A stretch of 64,000 nucleotides of DNA from an uncultured Clostridia bacterium (GTDB lineage Bacteria; Bacillota; Clostridia; TANB77; CAG-508): NCBI GenBank assembly GCA_948485625.1, contig CAOMRW010000007.1, forward strand, positions 10,117-74,116. The letters run 5' to 3'. Below the pieces are notes generated by a model that was given only the letters and a program-made list of their open reading frames with translations, made no database searches and was not told the DNA's origin. Below are positions 36,285 through 45,300 of the stretch, piece after piece. Position numbers and translations under genes: made by a program. The first letter of the stretch is position 1; every line of letters begins with the position of its first letter.

Positions 36285-37457
36285 ATGGAATATAAATACT
36301 TATTAGATATTGGATTAATAATAGTAGTAGTAAAGATATTTACATTAATAACGCAAAAAATAAAGATGCCAAAAGTATTAGGTGGATTAATAGCAGGAAT
36401 AGTGCTGGGACCAGCAATGTTAGATATTGTACAAAATAGTACAATATTGGAGGCATTATCAAAATTTGGAATAATTTTAATAATGTTTTTAGCAGGTATG
36501 GAAACAAGTATAAAGAAATTTATATCAAATAGTAATAAGTATATAGTAATAGCTTCAATAGGAGTAATAGTTCCATTGATTTTAGGTACATTAGTTAGTC
36601 TTATATATGTACAAGATTTGAAAATGAATTTATTCTTTGGAGCAGTTATAACAGCCACATCAGTTAGTATAACAGTAGAGACTTTGATAGAAATGAAGAA
36701 AATAAAATCTAGTGTAGGAATGGCAATATTAGGAGCAGGTGTTGTTGATGATATAATAGGGATTGTATTTTTGACTATAGTTATGAATAGTGGGAATTTA
36801 CAAGTATCAACCTTTACTTTAATGATGTTAAAAATAATAATATTCTTTTTAATGGCAATAATTTTAGGGTTACTATTATTTAAAGTATTTGAGAAAATTG
36901 AAGAAAAAGATATAAAATCAGAGCAGATGCCTACATATTCAATAGCTTTTGCTTTGATATTGGCTTATATTGCTGAGAGATTAGGAGTTAGTGGAATTAT
37001 TGGAGCGTATATAGCAGGATTAGTTATAGGTAATACAGAAAAGGGAAGAAAAGTAAAGGGAAAGATAGATTTAGTAGTACACATGATTTTTTCACCAATA
37101 TTTTTTGCAAGTATAGGTTTAAATTTAACAACATTAAGTCTTAATAAACCAGTATGGATATTTATAATAATATTTACAGGAGTTACAATAGTTAGTAAAA
37201 TAATAGGAAATGGTTTAGGAGCAAAACTATGTGGTTATACAAATGATAAAGCAGTTCAAATTGGAATAGGGATGGCTACAAGAGGTGAAGTTGCACTTAT
37301 TATGGCAGATGAAGCAAAGAAATTGGGATTGATAAATGAGGAAATATTTTCTATTGTTATAATAACAGTTCTATTAGTGACAATAATAACTCCAATGTTA
37401 TTACATTATAGCTTTATGAAAAATACTGTTATAGAAGATGCTAAGAATAATCCTTGA
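36285..37457 (+). CDS. cation:proton antiporter (Na+/H+ exchanger family, CPA2-like)
   Basis: About 11 TM helices. LGGLIAGIVLGP and FLAGMET motifs typical of the Na_H_exchanger family. Confidence 0.8.
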   Translation: MEYKYLLDIGLIIVVVKIFTLITQKIKMPKVLGGLIAGIVLGPAMLDIVQNSTILEALSKFGIILIMFLAGMETSIKKFISNSNKYIVIASIGVIVPLILGTLVSLIYVQDLKMNLFFGAVITATSVSITVETLIEMKKIKSSVGMAILGAGVVDDIIGIVFLTIVMNSGNLQVSTFTLMMLKIIIFFLMAIILGLLLFKVFEKIEEKDIKSEQMPTYSIAFALILAYIAERLGVSGIIGAYIAGLVIGNTEKGRKVKGKIDLVVHMIFSPIFFASIGLNLTTLSLNKPVWIFIIIFTGVTIVSKIIGNGLGAKLCGYTNDKAVQIGIGMATRGEVALIMADEAKKLGLINEEIFSIVIITVLLVTIITPMLLHYSFMKNTVIEDAKNNP

Positions 37458-37465
37458 TTATGTTT

Positions 37466-37544
37466 GTGGTGATAGGGGGCCAGGTCTTAAATCCTCATTT
37501 TTGTATAAAAAATGGGGATTTAAGACCTGGCCCCCTATCACCAC
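37466..37544. repeat. 79-bp REPIN-like palindrome (family C)
   Basis: GTGGTGATAGGGGGCCAGGTCTTAAATCCTCATTTTT / loop / reverse complement, one mismatch. Lies between the convergent antiporter and peroxiredoxin genes. Confidence 0.92.
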
Positions 37545-37556
37545 CATGGACTTTTT

Positions 37557-38105
37557 TTAATTACATTCATTATTAGTTTTTTCACAAATCTCTGGTGGCT
37601 GTTTAAAACTTAGATACCAACTAATACCATTTTGATTTTCGTTTATAGCATTTTGCCTTTCTTCTAATTCACAGAATGTTTGAGGTGGGGGGACAATAAC
37701 AGGTTGCCCAGGCATCCAGTTTGCAGCAGTAGAGCCTTTACTACAATCAGCCATTTGTAATGCTTGAACTGTTCTTATAATTTCAGGTATGAATCTACCA
37801 ACATTTAATGGATAAATCATAATTGTTCTTATAATTTGTTTATCATCAATTATAAAAACATTTCTAACTGTTTCTGTTGTACTTATATCATTTGAAATCA
37901 TTCCATACTTTCTTGCGATTTGACCGCTTCTATCTGCAACAATAGGGAATGGAAGTTTAATACCAGTTTTACAATATATATCATATATCCATGCTAAATG
38001 AGATGGATTGCTATCAATACTTAATCCTAAAAGTTCTGTATTCATTTGCTGAAAATATGTATAAGCTCTTGAGAATGCTATCATTTCTGTTGTACAAACA
38101 GGGGT
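37557..38105 (-). pseudogene. peroxiredoxin (Prx6/1-Cys-like), C-terminal 182 codons, separated from its 5' part by the integrated element
   Basis: Minus-strand reading from 38105: TPVCTTEMIAFSRAYTYFQQMNTELLGLSIDS...IVADRSGQIARKYGM...VFIIDDKQIIR. It has no promoter or start of its own upstream of the Cys. Confidence 0.85.
38098..38105. repeat. 8-bp att core, left copy (attL)
   Basis: ACAGGGGT, identical to 51246-51253. Corresponds to codons T-P-V of the peroxiredoxin. Confidence 0.75.
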
Positions 38106-38229
38106 TACTCTATATTCAATTTTCTAACTTTATTAAATATATAATGCTATATAAGAAACTAGAAAAAAATAGGTGAATTTGCAGTACTAAATAATAAATT
38201 GAAAAATAAATTGAAAAATGTTAAAATAG

Positions 38230-38258
38230 TTGAAATTTATGACGAAATTTGTTATAAT
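38230..38258 (+). promoter_or_regulatory. candidate sigma-A promoter of the cargo operon
   Basis: TTGAAA (38230-38235), 17-nt spacer, TATAAT (38253-38258). Confidence 0.5.
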
Positions 38259-38341
38259 ATAGGTATTGATTTTTAAATATATAAGGTTTAATGTAAGACC
38301 TTAAAAAACTAAAAATATTATAAAAGGGAAGGTAAGTATTT

Positions 38342-39307
38342 ATGAAAGAAAGTAAAAAACGATTATTAAGTAAAAAAATAATAATCATTGTAACAATAGT
38401 AATATTGGCATTATTAATAACAAAAAACCTAGTTTTAGCAGATACCATAAAACTAGAAGCAAAAGTTAGTAGTACTACAACAGAAGTAAAAGATGGACAA
38501 GAATTAACAATTACATTTAGCTTAGACAGATACAATGAAATAGAAAAAGGTATAAATGCTTATAAAGCAACTCTAGTATATGACAAAAACATTTTTGAAG
38601 AAGTATTAGAAAAAGATTTTAAAAGTCAAAATCATTGGGAAGAGCTGAAATATAATAAAGAAACAGGAGAATTTATAGCAATAAAAAAAGCTGGAAGTAT
38701 TTCACCAGAGGATATAGTAAAAATTGATTTAAAAGCAAAAAGAGAATTAAAAGCAGGAGAAACAGAAATAAAAATAACAGATGTAGTATCTTCAGAAGGA
38801 AAAGCAGATATACAAATAAATGAAGCAAAAGTAGAAGTAGATATAATAGAAGATCAAGAGGAAATACCAGATGTTCCTGAAAATCCAGACAAACCAGATA
38901 AAATAACTTCAAAAAAATATAAAATAGAACAAAACTATATATTAAGAATTTTACCAGAAACAACAATAAAGCAATTTAAAGAAAATGTAACAACAGATAA
39001 TGAAATGGTATTTATAGATGAATATGGAAACACAATGACAGATAATGAAATTATTTCAACAGGTGTAAAAATAAAAGTAGGAAAAACCTTACAATATACT
39101 TTAATAGTAATTGGAGATATAGACAAAGATGCAAAGATTACAATAAATGATATTGCAAAATTAAAATTACATCTTATAGAATCTGAAGTTTTAACAGGAA
39201 TGCAGCTAAAAGCAGCATATGTAGATAATGACAATGAAGTTACGATAAATGATTTGGCACAATTAAAGTTAGTTTTAATAGGATTATTAAATTTACAAAG
39301 TGAGTAA
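38342..39307 (+). CDS. secreted scaffoldin-like protein: cohesin domain, linker, beta module and C-terminal dockerin
   Basis: Signal peptide (LVLA/DT). Cohesin-like IKLEAKVSSTTTEVKDGQELTITFSL...GINAYKATLVYDKNIFEEV...GETEIKITDV. Pro/Asp linker. Dockerin repeats GDIDKDAKITINDIAKLKLHL and VDNDNEVTINDLAQLKLVL. Confidence 0.7.
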   Translation: MKESKKRLLSKKIIIIVTIVILALLITKNLVLADTIKLEAKVSSTTTEVKDGQELTITFSLDRYNEIEKGINAYKATLVYDKNIFEEVLEKDFKSQNHWEELKYNKETGEFIAIKKAGSISPEDIVKIDLKAKRELKAGETEIKITDVVSSEGKADIQINEAKVEVDIIEDQEEIPDVPENPDKPDKITSKKYKIEQNYILRILPETTIKQFKENVTTDNEMVFIDEYGNTMTDNEIISTGVKIKVGKTLQYTLIVIGDIDKDAKITINDIAKLKLHLIESEVLTGMQLKAAYVDNDNEVTINDLAQLKLVLIGLLNLQSE

Positions 39308-39359
39308 TTTATTTTAGAAATGAAAATAGAAAATATAAGAAATGGGGGATTAGTAGATT

Positions 39360-42300
39360 ATGAAAAAACATTTAAAAAATAATAAAAGTAAACTTAAATA
39401 TATTTTTAGAATAAGTACAATTACTGTTTTATTATTAATGGTGTTTTTAGGAGTAATTTATGCAGTAAGCAATTTTTCTACAAAAGGTGAGTTAAATGAT
39501 GATGGAGAAATAAATTATGCTGATGTAAGTTTATTACAATTACATTTAATACATTCAAAAGAATTACCAGAAGATAAGTTAGAAAATGCTGATATGAATA
39601 ATGATGGAGAAATAACAATAACAGACTTAAATCTTTTAATTAAAAAGATAGAAAAAACAATAGAATATGAAGCAACAGTAAGAGAGATAGAAGTAAATAA
39701 TTATTATCCAAATAGAAATGAAGAAATAACAATAAGTTTAGATATTGATGTGACTTATAGTATTGATATTAAAACTATAACTATTAGTGGAAAAGAATAT
39801 GAAACAGTAAAAAATGAACAAAATTTATATGAAGTTAAATTAAATGTAGGAGACATAAATGGTGTAAAAGAATATGCAATTGAAAAACTAACTCTTATAA
39901 ATGAAGAACAAATTAAAGTAAATAAAACAGTTAAAGTAGAAGTATTAAAATCACAACCTCAAATTGAAAACTGGATATTAACAGAAGACTTAGAAAAATC
40001 AGAATTAAATATATCATTTGATGTAGTAGATTCTGATGAAGCAATAACAGGAACAGGAGAATATATAATTACTGAAAAGAAGGAAGAAACTGAAAGTTCA
40101 GAAGAGACAAATTATATACAACATGGGGGAGTAGAAGTTGGTACTAATAAGATAAATGTAAAAGTGGAAGAAAACAAGAAATATCAAATATTAGTAAATG
40201 TACCATACAACTTAGATACAGATACTTTAGAACAAGAAGTAGACAATACAGGAAGACTTACAAAAGATGAAGAATTAATACTTATAAAAGATTATGAATT
40301 CCAATTATCTAATATAAAAATTTATAAAGAAGAACATGAAGACGAAACTTCAGAAGAATTTAATTTAGAAGAAAATATAATAGTAAAATTTGATAGTACA
40401 AATGGAACAGAATATTTACCTCAAATTGCAATTATAAATGGAAAAAGATATGAGCTTACAAAAGAAAACAATACATATACAACATTTATAGATGGATTTA
40501 ACAATACAGGTAATCAAAAAATAACTATAGAAAAGGTTATTTTAGATAATGGAAAAGAATTTGAAGTAAATCAAGAAACACAAGTAAAAATAATAAAAAA
40601 TGCACCAACTGTTGCAAGATTTAGAAGCCATGAGAATACAGAAGAAAAGAACATGGATATGCTTATATTTGTAAAAGATAAAGATAAAACAATAACTAAT
40701 TTAACTGTAAAATTAGTTGATGAAAATGATAATGAAATTACATCAAGAGATTTAACAGAGCATTTAAAAGATGAAAACTTAAATGATAGTGAAGAAGAAG
40801 ATATAAAAAATACATATTATATAAATACAAGTATAAATTTAGAAAATGTGCAATTACCAGATAAATATAAAATAAAATTGATTGCAACTTATTGTTTGTC
40901 TGAAAATGAGGAAAATTACACATATACAAAAACTCTATTAGAAAATGAAGAAGAATCTAATCCAATTGTTAATATAGAAAATGTACAAATATCAAATAAA
41001 TATCCTGAAAAAGGAGAAAATATTACATTAACATATAAAATAGAAACAAATAAGGAGAACACTAATATAACACATATTAGAGTAAATAACTTAAGATGTA
41101 TTGCAACAAAAAATATAGATGAGCAAGGAAATGCAACATATTCTGTAACTCTAAATGCAGGAGAAACAGCAGGTATAGTAGACTTAAATACAACAGACAT
41201 TATATTTGAAGAAAATACATCGGTTGGTGTAACAAACCAAGTAAAAATAGATGTTTTAAAAGAAAAACCTACAAGTGAAGCATTCTCACAAATAGATGAC
41301 ATAAACAATAGATCTGTAAGATTAACTGCAAACATAGTAGACCCAGATAAAGCATTTATAACTGGAAAAGCAGAACTTGTAAGAAACAGTGATAGTGAAA
41401 TAGTAGCGACTAAAACATTTGATGCTGAACACATTACTTTTGAAATAAATAATATTGAATTAGGAACACAATATACATTAATTGCAAAAATGACATATGA
41501 TAGAGATACTAATGAAATAGAAGAAGAAACAAATCAAAACTATGTAGAAGATGAAATATTCAGAGAAAGACCAATTCAATTAATTGCAGATTATCAGCTA
41601 GAAATAAATAATATAAAAACATATAATGGAGAAAAAGAAACAAAATATTTTGAAAGAGGACAAGAAGTAACAGTAAGTTTTGATAGTATTAACCAAACAG
41701 AATTCTATCCAGTTTATGCAATTATAAATGGAAAACAATATGAATTAGAAAAAGTAGAACAAAATTATAAAACAAAGATACCAGTAGTTTCTGCATTTGG
41801 ACCAAAAACAATTACAATTGAAAAAGTAATTTTAAATAATACAAAAGAAATTGAATTAACAGAAAATAATGAAATACGAGTAGGAATATTAAAATTAAGA
41901 CCAACTATTACAGATTTTGGATATAGTGAAAATGCAGATAATGGAAATATTGATGTATCATTTAAAGTAAATGATACAGAAGATGCAATAACAGATGGAA
42001 CTATAAAAGTAATAAATGAAAACGGAGATAAAATAAAAGAAGAAAAATTAACTGGCAATTCAAATGGAATAAGCTTTGAAAAAGGCGTTTGTGAGGAATT
42101 TGAAATACAAATACTTGCAGATTATGATTTAGATACAAATCAAATTACAACTGGAGATAATGAATATGAAAATCAACAATTACTTAAAGAAGGAATTAAT
42201 ATAAGTGCAGAGCGTTTGATTGAAGTAAAAGATATTATAACAATAAATCTATATTCAAAAGAAGACCCAACAGCAGAAGTTAGTAGTATAACAGAAGAAA

Positions 42301-45300
42301 AATTGTCTACATTAGATAATTATATAGTAAAAGTTATACAAAAAGAGATGCCTGTATTCTATGCTAAAATAAAGAGCTATGAAATAACAGAAGATGGAAA
42401 TCTAGATTTTATTTTAGATTATGATAATGTAATTCAATATGAAAATGGCAAAAAACAAAATAAATTAAAAGTTACGTATGGTAAAGTAAATAATGGAGTT
42501 GCTGAAAATAAGAGTATAGAAGCTTTAATTGCAGAAATAGAAGCAAATCCAGATGGAGACTTTACACTAACACAAGACTATGATGTATCTTATTTAAAAA
42601 CAACAAATAGTTCACTTATTACATGTGAGTTTAGAGGTACATTAAATGGAAATGGACACAAAATATATAATTTGGGTAAACCATTATTTGATACACTAGA
42701 AAGTGCAACAATTCAAAATATTCAATTAGAAAAAGTGAATTTAATGGATGCAACAAGTAGAGGAAGTATAGCAAATATTGCTACAAATACTACTATAAAA
42801 AATATACACATTAAGAACTTGAATATAACAACAAAGGTAAACCAAGTAGGTGGAATTGTTGGTGATTTGAATTCAGGAAATATTGAAGAATGTAGTATAA
42901 GAAATTATAATTTAAATACATCTGGTCATATCAGAGTAGCAGGAATTGCTGGTGCAATGACAGGAGGAACAATTAAAAATTGTTATGTACAAGGTGAAGT
43001 GCATTCAACTCAGACTAAAGATGGTAATGGAATAGGAGGTATTTTAGGTCACGCATTAGAAAATACACCAGTTACTATTGAAAACTGTATTACAAAAATA
43101 AATTATGTATGGAGTGGTGGAGGACCTAGACTTAATGGTGCCATAATAGGATTAGGAAATGGTACAGTTGCAACTTTAAAAAATAATGTAAGTTTATCAA
43201 CTGGTACAGGTGTTTATAAAGTACATGGTGGTAATATTAATCCAAATGCTTCTACTAATAACTATGAACTAGAAGAATCTGAATTAATATCTAATGCTTC
43301 AGGAGAAAGAGTAAAGAAAGTTTCTAAAGATAATATAACAAAAGAATTCTTTAAAGATAGTGCAAAATTTGATGAAAATGTATGGAATTTAGATGATGTG
43401 TCTTATGACCATATGCCAACATTAAAAGGAAATAAACAACAAGAAAATGAAACAGAAACAGATACAGAAGAGATAGATGCGAACTTATATATACCAGAAT
43501 ATGATAGAATAAAAAATACACCAGGATTTAATACAAATAAATTAATAGCATATAATAATATACAAAAATTAATGCCATATTATGATGCAAAATATGTAGT
43601 ATTAGATAGTGTTAGTATATCAAATACAGATACATTAAATACAAAAACTATAAAACATATACTACCATTTGCAGACAATAAACTTGTAACATATTTAACA
43701 TCAAAAGCATATAACGGAATAACAAGTATAAAAGTTGTATTCACTGATTATACTGTAGAACAATATGAAGTAAACTTTGAAAAACTTATGGGAAATATTG
43801 CAATATATAAAATACCAGAATTAAATCTAAGTTATGCATTTGGAAATTATATTGTAAATGAAAATTCAGAAGTTGTAAAAAAACTAGCTGATTATATCAA
43901 ATCATTAGATTATAACACAGTATTAGAGCCACTTACTGCAGCAGCAGATAGCAGATTATATAGAGATAATTATAATAATGTAATTAAAAATATGGCAGAA
44001 GAAATGGCACTTCAAATTTTACAAAATGATGAATGTAGTATACTTATGTTAAATAATGAGATTCTAAACAAAAAAATAGAAAAAGAATTAATTGGAACTG
44101 AAAAAATAAATAAAATGATATATGCTTATAATTATTATCAACGTTGGTATGGATTTGAAATAGGTGGTGCAAGAGTATCAGACATATTACTATTTGAAGG
44201 TAAAATGTATTCAAATTCAATGACATTTTATAATGTACTAAATGAAGTACTTGTAGGAAATCTAAATCCAGGAGGAACAGATGGATTTTATACAAGTTGT
44301 CTAAAAAAATATACAGGAAGTTCAACTGTTGGCTATTTCCTAAATTATATAATAGCTAATATTGGTGGATATGAAGATGTAAATGACTGGTTTACTGAGT
44401 ATTTTGGTGCTAGAAATATACTAGCTGAAGTTTCAGTAGATCATCTACCTGAAATAGGGTATCGTGGTTGGTATCAACTTACCAAAAAGGCAAAAATGAT
44501 ACTTCCAGTTATTACTTTACCAAATGATTGTGCGTATATGATTTCTGGACCTGCTCATTTACAATTTGGACCTTCACAATTATATCATAAAGATCCTCAG
44601 ACTGAAGCTGGAAGAACAGAAGTTGAAAACAAAGTAAATAATCATGTTAAACTTGTAAAAAGCCATTTTTCTACTTTAGCAGATTCATTTGACTATAAAA
44701 AATGGAATAACTACTGTATTATGGTCTATGATTGTACAAAAATAATTACAGGTTATAAAAATACTTATTTCCCTGGTACAAATATTGTAATATCAACAGG
44801 TCCAGTTTATACACAAGGAAAAGTTGGTCTAGAATATCCATTCTTTAAGAATTTTAGTGAAGTTTTTGGACTATGGCAACCAGGTGGTAGCTCAGCTGGT
44901 GTAGGTAATACTGCTGGATTCCTATGGTTTCAAGCAAGACCAGGACTTACTAATTTTGATACTTGGACACACGAATTTGAACACGCTTTATATGATAAAA
45001 TAATGTTATATCAACGTGGTGCTAGAGTGCAACTTGAAACACTTACAGAAGGTAATGTTCAACAATATGCTAATTGGAGTGAAAACAATCTTACTCAAGA
45101 TGTTGGACCATATTACTTTAATACATCTTTCTATTTGAATAAAGAAGGTAATGCGACTCAAAATCTAACTCCTGAGAGAATTAATACAAGGGAAAAATTA
45201 GAAAATTATTATAAAGGACAACAAAATGCACTAGATTTACTAGATTATATTGAAGGAAAAGCATTTATTAGATTAACACCAGAACAACAAGCAAAGATTG

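Noticed and set aside
38221-38535. 104-aa minus-strand ORF at the left end of the element
   Set aside because: It overlaps the cargo promoter and the signal-peptide region of the cohesin gene, and it has no RBS and an Asn/Phe-rich low-complexity product.
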